This document shows positions 19,749-30,350 of a stretch of 64,000 nt of DNA, piece after piece. The position numbers were made by a program, and so were the translations under genes. Source of the DNA: Caldilineae bacterium (GTDB taxonomy: Bacteria > Chloroflexota > Anaerolineae > DTLA01); NCBI GenBank assembly GCA_037446815.1, contig JBBIHX010000002.1, forward strand, positions 7,641 through 71,640, read 5' to 3'. The notes under the pieces were generated by a model, which made no database searches, had not been told where the DNA came from, and was given only the letters and a program-made list of their open reading frames with translations. Positions within the stretch are counted from its first letter, which is position 1, and the number at the start of each line of letters is the position of its first letter.

Positions 19749-19894
19749 TCGGTTCCAAAGTCTGTTGGCATTTGTCATTGCGAGGGCGCTCCGCGCCCGA
19801 AGCAATCTCTGGGGCGTGAGGTTGCTTCGCTTCGCTCGCAACGACACGCGAGGAGAGTATTCATGCGTTTCACCAACACAAGATGAAACCGACT
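19749..19894 (+). repeat. Family-A palindromic MITE/REP-like element, copy A3
   Basis: Near-identical to A2. It begins 25 nt after the CpXC gene stop. Confidence 0.85.
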
Positions 19895-19907
19895 TAACGC
19901 GCACGGA

Positions 19908-19937
19908 TTGGACAAGCCTGCCGTTTTGTGATATACT
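19908..19937 (+). promoter_or_regulatory. Putative sigma70-type promoter (-35 TTGGAC, 18-nt spacer, -10 TATACT) for the ECF transporter operon
   Basis: Hexamers located by sequence. A ~160-nt leader follows, containing a short hairpin gaccgcaggatcggtc + TTTT at 20033..20052. Confidence 0.45.
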
Positions 19938-20102
19938 GATTCTGCCATCCACCGCACGGGCGGGGGTGAGCCTGAACGCCAAACGAATACTTTCCGCAGA
20001 TCCCAGGCGCTTGGATCCAACGCGACCGAGACGACCGCAGGATCGGTCTTTTCATCGCGGGTTCCCGGCTGCTGGGGCCCGCGATTCGTTTTGTGAGGGA
20101 CG

Positions 20103-21884
20103 ATGGAACCTCTGATACGCGTGGACAACATCCGGTACACGTACCCCGCAGGGACAGGGAAACCTGCCTTGACGGACGTAAGCCTGAGCATTGGCGCGGG
20201 CGAGTACGTCGCCATCGTCGGCGCCAACGGATCGGGCAAGTCCACGCTGGCCCGCCACCTGAACGCGCTGCTCGTCCCCGACCAAGGCGATGTGTGGGTC
20301 AACGGCTGGAACACCCGCGACCGCGCGCACATCCGCGACATCCGCCGCACGGTGGGCATGGTGTTCCAAGTGCCCGACAACCAAATCGTGGCCACAATCG
20401 TAGAGGACGATGTGGCCTTTGGCCCGGAGAACCTCGGCATCCCCGAGGATGAACTGCCCGCCCGCGTGCGGGAGGCCCTGGCGGCAGTCGGGCTGGAAGA
20501 ACACGGGCACCGCGCATCGCATCTCCTCTCCGCGGGGCAGAAGCAACGCCTCGCCATTGCCGCCGCGCTCGCCATGCGCCCCCTGTGCCTGGTGCTAGAC
20601 GAGGCAACGGCCATGCTGGATCCGGCGGGCAAAGCCGACCTCCTGCGCATCGTCCGGCGGCTCCATCGGTCGGGCACAACCATCGTCGCCGTAACCCATT
20701 CCATGAGCGAGGCGCTGGAGGCCGACCGTGTCATCGTCCTCGCGGAAGGGCGCATCGTTATGGACGGCACGCCGGCCCAGGTATTCGCCGACGCTGAGAG
20801 CCTTGAGCGCTATGGGCTGGACGTGCCGCCCGCAGCACGCTTGGCGCACCTCCTGGCGGCCCACTGGCCCGATTTCCCTCGCCATCTGCTTGACGCGGAA
20901 GCGTTGGCGGATGCTGTATGCCGGCATCTCTCCTTGGGCGCGCACGTGCGCACAACCCACCCGCTTGCCGCCACGGACACCGGCGGCCAGCCCGTTCTCC
21001 CGCCCGACGCGAGCGGCCAGGCCCCATACATCGCGCTGGAAGACGTGCACTACACGTACCTAGCAGGCACGCCCCTGGAGACCCGCGCCCTGCGAGGCGT
21101 CTCCATGGACATCCGTCCAGGGGAAACCATCGCGATCATCGGGCCGACCGGCTCCGGCAAATCCACCCTGTTGCAGCACCTGAACGGCCTGCTCCGCCCA
21201 CACGCCGGTCGCGCCCGCGTGCTGGGTGTTGATCTCACCGACCCGCGGGCAGACGTTCGCGCCCTGCGCAGGCGGGTTGGCCTCGTATTCCAGCAGCCCG
21301 AAGCCCAGTTGTTTGAGCGCTACGCCGGCGATGACGTCGCCTTCGGCCCTCTCGCGTTCGGATCATCATTGGAGCAAGCGCGCGAACGGGTTCGCCGAGC
21401 GATGGAGGCCGTCGGCCTGCCGTTTGAGACCTACAAGGACCGCCTGACTCTGACCTTGAGCGGGGGCGAGCGGCGCAGGCTGGCCCTTGCGGGAGTCCTG
21501 GCACTGGAGCCGCAGGTGTTGGTGCTGGACGAGCCGACCGCGGGCCTGGACCCCAGAGGCCGCAACGATCTCCTTGCGCTCCTGCGCCGTTGGCGGGATG
21601 CCGATCGGGCCATCGTCTTCTCTTCGCACAACATGGACGATGTAGCGCTGCTGGCAGACCGAGTGTACATCATCGCGGAGGGACGCATCGCGCACGCGGC
21701 GCCCGTGCGGGAAGCATTTTCTGCGCCGGAGTCCCTTGTGGGGTTCGGCCTGGGGCTGCCCACGGCGATGACGTTCGCCCAAGCCCTGGCGCGCCGCGGT
21801 TGCCCCATCCCCACCGACCTGCTGACGTTGGAAGAACTGGCGCACGCGATTGTGAGGTTGGCCGATGAGCGCATCCGAGTTTGA
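20103..21884 (+). CDS. ECF transporter ATPase, fused EcfA1-EcfA2 (two ABC domains)
   Basis: Two Walker A sites (GANGSGKST, GPTGSGKST) and two signatures (LSAGQKQRL, LSGGERRRL). Confidence 0.9.
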   Translation: MEPLIRVDNIRYTYPAGTGKPALTDVSLSIGAGEYVAIVGANGSGKSTLARHLNALLVPDQGDVWVNGWNTRDRAHIRDIRRTVGMVFQVPDNQIVATIVEDDVAFGPENLGIPEDELPARVREALAAVGLEEHGHRASHLLSAGQKQRLAIAAALAMRPLCLVLDEATAMLDPAGKADLLRIVRRLHRSGTTIVAVTHSMSEALEADRVIVLAEGRIVMDGTPAQVFADAESLERYGLDVPPAARLAHLLAAHWPDFPRHLLDAEALADAVCRHLSLGAHVRTTHPLAATDTGGQPVLPPDASGQAPYIALEDVHYTYLAGTPLETRALRGVSMDIRPGETIAIIGPTGSGKSTLLQHLNGLLRPHAGRARVLGVDLTDPRADVRALRRRVGLVFQQPEAQLFERYAGDDVAFGPLAFGSSLEQARERVRRAMEAVGLPFETYKDRLTLTLSGGERRRLALAGVLALEPQVLVLDEPTAGLDPRGRNDLLALLRRWRDADRAIVFSSHNMDDVALLADRVYIIAEGRIAHAAPVREAFSAPESLVGFGLGLPTAMTFAQALARRGCPIPTDLLTLEELAHAIVRLADERIRV

Positions 21885-22752
21885 CCTGCTGCGCACAGTA
21901 ACGCTGGGGCAGTATTTGCCCACGGGGTCTGCGCTGCACCGAGCCGACCCACGGGTGAAGATAGCCTCCGGAATACTGCTTGTTGTGGCGGTAACCGCCA
22001 CGTCCAGCCTGGCGGGGCTGACGCTGGCGTTTGCCCTGGTGATCGCCGGGTTCGCCGTCGCCCGCATTCCGATAGCATATGCGCTCTCGGGCATCAAACC
22101 CATGCTGCCATTCCTCGCCCTGCTGGGAATCTTCCAGGCCATTGCCATTCCGCAGAACGACGCCAACACAACGGTGTACTGGCGCTGGGCGTTTATCACG
22201 CTCACGGCGCGCGATGCCGTTGCAGTGGCGCTGCTGTTCGCCAAGTTCTCGGTGCTCGTGTGGGGAATCAGCCTGCTGTCGTTCACCACCTCCACCACCG
22301 CACTGACCCACGGAACCGAACACCTTCTGCGCCCGCTCCAGCGCATCGGCCTGCCCGCGCACGAGTTCGCCCTCATGGTCAACATCGCCTTGCGGTTCGT
22401 CCCGCTCCTGGCGCAGGAGACCGAGCGGCTGATGAAGGCCCAGGCGTCGCGCGGCGCGGACTTCGGCGCGGGGCGCAGGCTCAACTTCGTCCAGCGGTTC
22501 CGCAAACTCCTCCCGCTCCTGATTCCCTTGATTCTGGCGACGCTGCAACGGGCCGAGGACTTGATTCTCGCCATGGAGGCGCGCTGCTACACGGGCGGCA
22601 AGGGGCGCACCCACCTCGTACGGTTTCGTGCCCAGGCGTCGGACTACGCGATCCTCGCGTTGGTCCTCATCGTTCTGGCTGCGACGGTCGCTGCCGGCTT
22701 CACCTCTGCCGATGCGACCGTGTGGCGCATTGTGAGCACAGTCTGGAGATAG
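21865..22752 (+). CDS. ecfT: ECF transporter transmembrane (T) component
   Basis: Multi-TM EcfT/CbiQ-like protein. The start overlaps the ecfA stop by 20 nt. Confidence 0.8.
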   Translation: MSASEFDLLRTVTLGQYLPTGSALHRADPRVKIASGILLVVAVTATSSLAGLTLAFALVIAGFAVARIPIAYALSGIKPMLPFLALLGIFQAIAIPQNDANTTVYWRWAFITLTARDAVAVALLFAKFSVLVWGISLLSFTTSTTALTHGTEHLLRPLQRIGLPAHEFALMVNIALRFVPLLAQETERLMKAQASRGADFGAGRRLNFVQRFRKLLPLLIPLILATLQRAEDLILAMEARCYTGGKGRTHLVRFRAQASDYAILALVLIVLAATVAAGFTSADATVWRIVSTVWR

Positions 22753-22767
22753 CAAAGGAGGGATATT

Positions 22768-23343
22768 ATGTCAACTGAAGCGGTCGTACAATCCACCCCG
22801 GCACGGAAGGTCGTCATCGCGGGCGTCATGGGGGCGCTCGCCATCTTCCTCGGCTGGACGCACCTGGGGTTCATCCCCTGGGTCGCGGGCGCGGCGCTCA
22901 CCATTATGCACGTGCCCGTCATCATCGGCGCGGTGCTGGAAGGGCCCATCGTGGGGACCGCCATCGGCCTCATCTTCGGCCTATTCAGCCTGCTCCAGGC
23001 GACTCTAGCCCCGACCGGCCCGGTGGACGTGTGGTTCCAGAACCCCGTCATCTCGGTCCTGCCACGGCTGTTCATCGGTGTCGTGGCGTGGCTAGGCTAC
23101 AAGGCGCTGAGAAAGGTCAACGAGCCACTGGCCCTTGCCGTGGCAGGAATCCTCGGCACTCTGACCAACACCGTCTTGGTGCTGGGGACCATCGGCTTGT
23201 TCGGCCACCTGCCCTGGGCCGCCCTGCCACCCATCGCCATCGCCAACGGCCTGCCCGAGGCGGTGCTGGCCGCCATCCTCACCGTCGCTGTCGTTGTAGC
23301 CTGGAAGCGGATTGAGACCGGCGCGCGCAAGTCGCGGATGTAG
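22768..23343 (+). CDS. ECF transporter substrate-specific (S) component; substrate unknown
   Basis: 191-aa, ~6-TM protein immediately after ecfT. RBS aaggaggg. Confidence 0.7.
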   Translation: MSTEAVVQSTPARKVVIAGVMGALAIFLGWTHLGFIPWVAGAALTIMHVPVIIGAVLEGPIVGTAIGLIFGLFSLLQATLAPTGPVDVWFQNPVISVLPRLFIGVVAWLGYKALRKVNEPLALAVAGILGTLTNTVLVLGTIGLFGHLPWAALPPIAIANGLPEAVLAAILTVAVVVAWKRIETGARKSRM

Positions 23344-23359
23344 AATCCGCACATCGTCA

Positions 23360-23388
23360 GTGGGGGCAGGTCTGAGGCCTGCCCCCAC
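23360..23388. terminator. Perfect 11-bp GC-rich hairpin (GTGGGGGCAGG-N7-CCTGCCCCCAC) between convergent genes
   Basis: Seen directly in the sequence. It lies between the ecfS stop (23343) and the hepT stop (23420). No strong U-tract follows. Confidence 0.5.
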
Positions 23389-23419
23389 TTCACCTGCGCA
23401 TTTCACGCCGGTTGACGAC

Positions 23420-23770
23420 TCACTCGGGCCTCAAACCTTCGTGCGGCAACAAGGATTCTATCTTGCCCAACAACTCGGGCACGTCCCTTGTTGCTGTCCT
23501 CCACACTTCATCCCAGTCCACCACATCATATCCATGAATGAGATGGTCTCGCATTCCTGCTATCAGTGCCCAGGGGATCTCTGAATGGCGCAGGCGCAGC
23601 GCAGCGGACAATCGTTTGACCGCCTCTCCCATCACAATCAGTTGATAAAGCACGGCCGACTGGGTCTTGTAATCCTCCAGGAATTCCTCCTTACGCAGGC
23701 CCTCCACGAATGCCAGCACGGCCCGCGCCGCCCTCGCAATATCCAGTAGAGTGCCTTCATCTCGTCCCAT
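23420..23770 (-). CDS. hepT: HepT-like toxin (DUF86, nucleotidyltransferase-substrate-binding fold)
   Basis: 116 aa. It overlaps the upstream NTase gene by 14 nt, the typical MntA/HepT organisation. Confidence 0.75.
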   Translation of the reverse strand: MGRDEGTLLDIARAARAVLAFVEGLRKEEFLEDYKTQSAVLYQLIVMGEAVKRLSAALRLRHSEIPWALIAGMRDHLIHGYDVVDWDEVWRTATRDVPELLGKIESLLPHEGLRPE

Positions 23771-24095
23771 GGGCCACCTCGTTTCTGGGAAAGAGCACAG
23801 TGGCCGTGCGCAGGATGTCCTTGCGGCGCACCCAATTCTCGCTGTTTTCTACAGCGCGCCTGGTTACCAGGTCCACGTCTCGCTGGAGGAGGTCTTGAAG
23901 TTCCTGCTCCATCCTGATATGATCAAGGAGGCTCCAGTCCGAGTCATCCTCAAAAGTTACCATCACATCAACATCGCTCTCTGGGCTAAAATCGGCGCGC
24001 AACACAGAACCAAATACCGCCAGTTCGCGAATCTTCCAACGCTGACAGAAATCCGCGATGTCCGCCATCGGAAGAATATCCAACACATTGACCAT
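23757..24095 (-). CDS. mntA: MntA-like minimal nucleotidyltransferase antitoxin (Pol-beta superfamily)
   Basis: GS...D.D motif (LAVFGSVLRADFSPESDVDVMV). The start is placed at MVNVLD (ORF codon 25). The tool ORF extends to 24167. Confidence 0.75.
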   Translation of the reverse strand: MVNVLDILPMADIADFCQRWKIRELAVFGSVLRADFSPESDVDVMVTFEDDSDWSLLDHIRMEQELQDLLQRDVDLVTRRAVENSENWVRRKDILRTATVLFPRNEVAHGTR

Positions 24096-24323
24096 CTCGC
24101 GCTGCCTCACACTCTGAACACCCTTACGGAAACCAACTGCGCACGTCAGATTATACCAAGCCGGCATCCGCTGTCAAGGCTTTCGCGCGCTCCGGCGCTC
24201 CTCATCATCCTGGGCGTCGGCCTTGCCCGCCTATCGGGATTCCGAGAGACACCATGCCGCCAGTTGCCGCGTTCCGCCCGTGTGCGTATAATCCGCACGC
24301 ATGCCCACCGGAGGACAACACGC

Positions 24324-24689
24324 ATGGATTATCACATCCGCACCCTTGCAGACATAGACGCGAAGCGCATTGAGGAAAAATGGGGAAGCCTGCGTTGGAT
24401 CGCAGGCCGGGACATCGGCAACGCTGAAGGCGTAGTCGTGGGCCGCGTCCTCATCAAGGTCGGCCACTCCAATCCCAGGCACAGCCACCCCAACTGCGAG
24501 GAGGTGCTCTACCTCTTGCGCGGGCGGCTGGAGCACACCGTGGGCGAGGAGAAGGTCATCACCGACGCGGGCGATGTCATCGTCGTGCCGCCAGGCGTCC
24601 CCCACATCGCCCGCAACATCGGCGACGAGGACGCCGACATGATCGTCGCCTACTCCGCCGGAGTCAGGGGATTTCGCCTGGAGCAGTAG
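24324..24689 (+). CDS. Cupin domain protein
   Basis: Cupin motifs G(X)5HSHP...E and G...PPGVPH. RBS ggagga precedes ATG 24324. The tool ORF starts at 23751. Confidence 0.7.
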   Translation: MDYHIRTLADIDAKRIEEKWGSLRWIAGRDIGNAEGVVVGRVLIKVGHSNPRHSHPNCEEVLYLLRGRLEHTVGEEKVITDAGDVIVVPPGVPHIARNIGDEDADMIVAYSAGVRGFRLEQ

Positions 24690-24715
24690 CGCCGCCTGTA
24701 CCCAGGCAGCCCGCC

Positions 24716-25405
24716 CTATCCCGCGACCTTCGCGGCGAGCACAATCTCCACCGGCAAGCCCCACATGGAGGCGCGCTCGGCCTGCACTGCGGCGAAGCCC
24801 GCCGCTTCCAGGACTTCCCGCACGTAAATCGGCCGGCAATCTATCCAGCGCGGCCAGCGACGGTGCGCCCACTTATACAGCCGCACCATGCGGCCGCTTC
24901 CCTTATGCGACAGGCCAACAACACCGAGGCGGCCATTGGCGCGAAGCACACGGGCGCACTCCGACAAGACGGCGGGAATGTCCGGGACATCAAACAACTC
25001 CAGCGTGAAGGCCATGAAGATAGCATCAAACGTCCCTTCGCTGAAGGGCAGCGCCACCGCATCGGCCATGGTCAGGAGCGATCGCCGAGCCAACCCCGCC
25101 CGCTTCATCCGCACCTGCGCCGCGGCCAACATGCCCTCGGCGATGTCCAGCCCCACCGCCAACCCCGACTGGCCCACCGCCTCCGCAATCGCGGCCAGGG
25201 CGTAACCCGTGCCGCAACCGATTTCCAGCGCACGCTGACCCTCCCGCAGCGATAGCAAACGCACGCCCATGTCCACAAACCGCCGCTCGGAGCGCGCCAG
25301 CGCATCGTACCAGCGACTCATGCGGTTGTAGGCGGCCCTCGCCGCGTGCCTGGGCCGATTGACCGGACTTATCACCCCGCGCATCGTTCTCCGCCTCGGC
25401 GTCAT
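24716..25405 (-). CDS. Class I SAM-dependent methyltransferase (UbiE/COQ5-like)
   Basis: SAM-binding motif LEIGCGTGY and post-I/II motifs. The start may be the downstream Met MRGVISP. Confidence 0.8.
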   Translation of the reverse strand: MTPRRRTMRGVISPVNRPRHAARAAYNRMSRWYDALARSERRFVDMGVRLLSLREGQRALEIGCGTGYALAAIAEAVGQSGLAVGLDIAEGMLAAAQVRMKRAGLARRSLLTMADAVALPFSEGTFDAIFMAFTLELFDVPDIPAVLSECARVLRANGRLGVVGLSHKGSGRMVRLYKWAHRRWPRWIDCRPIYVREVLEAAGFAAVQAERASMWGLPVEIVLAAKVAG

Positions 25406-25463
25406 CTTGCAACGCCATGCTACACGGCTAGGCGCGAAGCGTCAACCCAGCCCCTCGTTAGAT

Positions 25464-25608
25464 TCGGTTCCGCCTTGTGTTGGTCTGTCCCTCGCACCGC
25501 CTCTCTACTCTGTCATGCTGAGCCGGAGGCGAAGCATCTCGGCCAGCGGGATTCTTCGCTCTCCGCCGCTCAGAATGACAGTAGATGCCAACAGACTTTG
25601 GAACCGAG
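25464..25608 (+). repeat. Repeat with family-A termini (ttcggttccgccttgtgttgg ... ccaacagactttggaaccga) but a family-B-like internal palindrome (gtcatgctgagccggaggcgaagcatc / gattcttcgc...gctcagaatgac)
   Basis: Direct sequence comparison with the other copies. Confidence 0.7.
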
Positions 25609-25682
25609 CCGGAAAGGCGCAGGATTTGTAACCGCTCTGTAACTGCGTTGTGCTATCATAAAATCGCGGTTCGGAGGGAACG

Positions 25683-26606
25683 ATGGCTGGACGAAGGCGG
25701 TCGGCAATCGGGTACAAGGCTGGCCCACTGTTGGCGTTTCCGTTCGCCCTGATCATTGCGCCTATCCTCGTGGCATGCTCATCATCCCCGACTCCCACAT
25801 CCCTGCCCACAATCAACGGCGCGGTCAAGGTCAATGGCGTGTCGCTGCACTACGAAATCGTGGGGCAGGGCGAGCCCCTCATCCTGATTGAAGGGCTGGG
25901 CACCGCCACGTGGCTTTGGTGGAAGCAGGTGCCGGAACTTTCGCGCCACTTCCGCGTGGTGGCCTACGACCTGCGCGGCTCCGGCTGGAGCGACAAGCCT
26001 GACGAGCCGTACTCCATCCCCATGTTCGCCGACGACCTGGCGGACCTGATGGACGCCCTCCGAATCAAACAGGCGCACGTCCTGGGCATCTCGCTGGGAG
26101 GCTACATCGCCCAAGAGTTCGCCCTGCGGTATCCGCAGAAGGTCAAGCGCCTGATTCTGTGCTCTACCGGCACCAACGGCCCCCACGCCACCCCACCCAC
26201 TCCCGACATCATCGTCGCCCTCATGACTCCCGTAGCGGGCCAGGGCGATCTTCGCAGCCGCATCGCCCTTTCGCTCAGTGCCGAATACGCCGCGACAAAC
26301 CCGTCCGACGTGGAGCAGATGATGGCGTGGAGGCTGGACAACCCCCAGCCCGCCTATGCCTACAATCGCCAACTGATGAGCGCGGTCGGCTGGACATCGG
26401 AGGGCCGGCTTGGCGAGATCACCATGCCCACGCTGGTCATGGCCGGATCGGAGGACCGCGTCGTGCCGCCGCAGAATGCCGACGTGCTGGTGGCGGGCAT
26501 CCCGCACGCGGAGAAAGTAATTCTGCAAGGCGCAGGGCATCTCATCAACGTGGAGAAGCCAGACCAATTCAACAAGGAGGTCATCCGGTTCCTGACATGG
26601 AAATGA
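25683..26606 (+). CDS. Alpha/beta hydrolase fold lipoprotein
   Basis: Lipobox LVAC, HGxGxS-type region, nucleophile elbow GISLGG. Confidence 0.8.
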   Translation: MAGRRRSAIGYKAGPLLAFPFALIIAPILVACSSSPTPTSLPTINGAVKVNGVSLHYEIVGQGEPLILIEGLGTATWLWWKQVPELSRHFRVVAYDLRGSGWSDKPDEPYSIPMFADDLADLMDALRIKQAHVLGISLGGYIAQEFALRYPQKVKRLILCSTGTNGPHATPPTPDIIVALMTPVAGQGDLRSRIALSLSAEYAATNPSDVEQMMAWRLDNPQPAYAYNRQLMSAVGWTSEGRLGEITMPTLVMAGSEDRVVPPQNADVLVAGIPHAEKVILQGAGHLINVEKPDQFNKEVIRFLTWK

Positions 26607-27079
26607 ACGAAATCAGTGCGGCATCTTTTGAAGCCTTCCTGCAGCGAGCGCGCGCCCACACCTGGGCCAGCGGCGCAGAGCCAACGCGCGTTACGCCCGA
26701 AGGCGAGACGCAGTACGAGTACAAGGAAGAGGTCCGCCTCTATCGGGACACCTACATGGGGACCTCAGGCTCCTTCTTCGGCCAGGAAACCGTGTACGAA
26801 GTAGAGATGCCTCTGTGGAACATCATCTACGCCGGCCAGGTGCACCCAGGCGCCCTCGCGCATCCCGGCCCCAACGCCATCTACGACTTCCTTCGCCGCG
26901 CGCTTCTCGCCACGGGCGAAAACGCTCGCCTGGGCCGCGCCGCCCACTACGAGGAGGGCGACTGGACATACACCGACCAGGGCGAAACCCACGGCAACGA
27001 ATTCTGGGGCAGCGAGTGGATTTCGTACCGCGGAACCGAGGTGTACCGACTGAAGTACGGCGGCGGGTGGATTGGATAA
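26597..27079 (+). CDS. Hypothetical protein (possibly DUF5680-like)
   Basis: 160 aa. It overlaps the upstream stop by 10 nt. Family assignment is uncertain. The tool ORF starts at 26159. Confidence 0.5.
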   Translation: MEMNEISAASFEAFLQRARAHTWASGAEPTRVTPEGETQYEYKEEVRLYRDTYMGTSGSFFGQETVYEVEMPLWNIIYAGQVHPGALAHPGPNAIYDFLRRALLATGENARLGRAAHYEEGDWTYTDQGETHGNEFWGSEWISYRGTEVYRLKYGGGWIG

Positions 27080-27112
27080 CCCGACAGAACCCCAAGCGAT
27101 GGAGATGAGTCT

Positions 27113-27889
27113 ATGGAACGACTGAAAGGCAAAGTGGCCATCATCACCGGCTCGGCCATGGGCATCGGCAAGGCGACGGCCCTGAAGTTCGCCCGCGAGG
27201 GCGCGAAGGTCGCGGTCTGCGATGTCGTGGCCGAGGCTGGCCAGGCCGTGGTGGACGAAATCGCGGCCATGGGCGGCGAGGCGTTCTTTGTCTCGGTGGA
27301 CGTAACCTCGGCAGAGTCTGTGCAAGCCCTTGTGGACGCCGTCATGGCCCGCTGGGGCCGCGTGGACATCCTCGTCAACAACGCCGGCATCACCCGCGAC
27401 GCTCTCCTGGTCAAGGTGAAGGACGGCGAAGTGGTGGATCAGATGAGCGACGCCACCTTTGACGCGGTCATCAGCGTCAACCTCAAAGGCGTCTTCCTCT
27501 GCACCCGCGCCGTGGCGCCCGTGATGATTCGCCAGGGCAGCGGCGTCATCCTGAATGCGGCGTCGGTCGTCGGCCTCTACGGCAACTTCGGGCAGACGAA
27601 CTACGTGGCGACCAAGGCCGGAGTCATCGGCATGACCCGCGTCTGGGCGCGCGAACTGGGGCGCAAGGGCATCCGCGTGAACGCCGTCGCGCCGGGCTTC
27701 ATCCTGACCGACATGGTCAAGAAGATGCCCGAGAAGGTGCTCGCGTCCATGCAGGAGAAAGTGCCGCTGGGACGGCTGGGCGAACCGGAGGATGTCGCCA
27801 ACGCCTACGCCTGGCTGGCCAGCGACGAAGCAGCCTATATCAACGGTGCCGTCATCTCCGTGGACGGCGGCATCGTCATCGGCACATGA
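27113..27889 (+). CDS. fabG: 3-oxoacyl-ACP reductase (SDR family)
   Basis: TGSAMGIG Rossmann motif, NNAG, catalytic YxxxK. Confidence 0.85.
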   Translation: MERLKGKVAIITGSAMGIGKATALKFAREGAKVAVCDVVAEAGQAVVDEIAAMGGEAFFVSVDVTSAESVQALVDAVMARWGRVDILVNNAGITRDALLVKVKDGEVVDQMSDATFDAVISVNLKGVFLCTRAVAPVMIRQGSGVILNAASVVGLYGNFGQTNYVATKAGVIGMTRVWARELGRKGIRVNAVAPGFILTDMVKKMPEKVLASMQEKVPLGRLGEPEDVANAYAWLASDEAAYINGAVISVDGGIVIGT

Positions 27890-27946
27890 ACGCGCAGGCT
27901 CATCGCGAATTCTAGCACTCACAGAGAACACGCAGGAGGAACGCAT

Positions 27947-28954
<1,008 letters not shown>

Positions 28955-28968
28955 GTCAAGGATTGCCT

Positions 28969-30312
28969 ATGACATCGGCCAACGAGTTGTACAGGCGAAA
29001 GCGAATCTCCATCCCGGACGCGGTGGGCCTCGTCCAGTCGCACCAGACCATCGGTGTGGCCATGGCCGCGTCGGAGCCGCCCGGCCTTCTCACCGAACTG
29101 GGGCGGCAGGGCGAGCGGCTGGAAGACGTGCACCTGTGGGTCTGCCTGCCCATGCGCGAGTACGAGGCCGTGCTAAGCCCGCGCATGGCGGGACACATCT
29201 TCGTGGAAAACTGGTTCTACGGCGCGCCCGACCGCAAGGCCCACCCGCAGGGGCGCATGTCCTACATCCCCAACAACCTGCACCAGGCCGCCCGCGACAA
29301 ACTGGCCAGGGACGGCAAGGTCAGCATCTTCTGGGGCACGGCGACGCCGCCGGACCGCTACGGGAACATGTCGCTCTCCCTGGGTCTGGTCATTGAGAAA
29401 GCCCTGATGGAAGCCGCCGACCTGGTCGTGCTGGAAATCAACGAGAACCTGCCCTGGACCCTGGGCGATACGCAAGTGCACATCTCGCAAGTGGACTACG
29501 TGGTAGAGAACACGTGCCCGCTGGTGGAACTTCCGCCCGGGCCATCCACGCCCGAAGAAGAGGCCATCGGCGGGTACATCGCCGACCTGATAGAGGACGG
29601 GGCCACGATTCAGTTGGGCATCGGCGGCATCCCCAACGCCATTACCCGCTATCTCATGAATCGGCACGACCTGGGCGTGCACACCGAAATGTTCACCGAC
29701 GGGATGGTGGACCTCTTTGAGGCCGGCGTCATCACCGGCAAGCGCAAGACCCTGTGGAAAGGCAAGATGGTCGGCGCGTTCGCGCTGGGCACGCAGAAAC
29801 TGTACAACTTCATCCACAACAACGTCGGTGTAGAGTTCCAGCAGGGCAAGGTAACCAACGACCCCTACATCATCGGGCAGAACTACAAGATGGTAAGCGT
29901 CAACACCGCCCTGCAAGTGGACGTCATCGGCCAAGTCTGCTCGCAGTCGCTGGGCGTCCGGCACTTCAGCGGCACGGGCGGCCAGTTGGACACGCACCGA
30001 GGCGCGCAGCGTTCCCCGGGCGGGCGCGGCATCATCGCTCTGCGCTCCACGGCCCGCAACGGCTCCGTCAGCACCATCGTCCCCATCCTGGAGCCCGGCG
30101 CCGAGGTTACCGTGCCCTCCCAGGACGTGGACACCATCGTTACCGAGTTCGGCGTCGCCGAACTGAGGGGGCGGTGCGTGCGAGACCGTGCTGAGGCGCT
30201 GATTCGCATCGCCCACCCGAACTTCCGCGACTACCTGCGCGAAGAGGTAGAGCGCCTGGGCATCGTGCCGCGGCTCGTCGTGCCCGGAGTACAGGTTGGA
30301 ACCGCCAAGTGA
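28969..30312 (+). CDS. Acetyl-CoA hydrolase/transferase family protein (4-hydroxybutyrate CoA-transferase-like)
   Basis: Full-length similarity pattern to AbfT/Cat family, with a conserved glutamate region (GIGGIPNA). ATG 28969 follows a TTG start at 28963. Confidence 0.8.
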   Translation: MTSANELYRRKRISIPDAVGLVQSHQTIGVAMAASEPPGLLTELGRQGERLEDVHLWVCLPMREYEAVLSPRMAGHIFVENWFYGAPDRKAHPQGRMSYIPNNLHQAARDKLARDGKVSIFWGTATPPDRYGNMSLSLGLVIEKALMEAADLVVLEINENLPWTLGDTQVHISQVDYVVENTCPLVELPPGPSTPEEEAIGGYIADLIEDGATIQLGIGGIPNAITRYLMNRHDLGVHTEMFTDGMVDLFEAGVITGKRKTLWKGKMVGAFALGTQKLYNFIHNNVGVEFQQGKVTNDPYIIGQNYKMVSVNTALQVDVIGQVCSQSLGVRHFSGTGGQLDTHRGAQRSPGGRGIIALRSTARNGSVSTIVPILEPGAEVTVPSQDVDTIVTEFGVAELRGRCVRDRAEALIRIAHPNFRDYLREEVERLGIVPRLVVPGVQVGTAK

Positions 30313-30350
30313 ACAGCCGTCGCGCACGCATTTCGTAAGGAGGTTGTCGC

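Noticed and set aside
19944-20102. ZTP (pfl)-like motif in the ECF leader (cgggcggggg ... cccaggcg)
   Set aside because: The conserved CGCCUGGGC element appears only as its reverse complement, so it would be on the non-transcribed strand. No supporting upstream GGGUCGUGAC-like segment is present.
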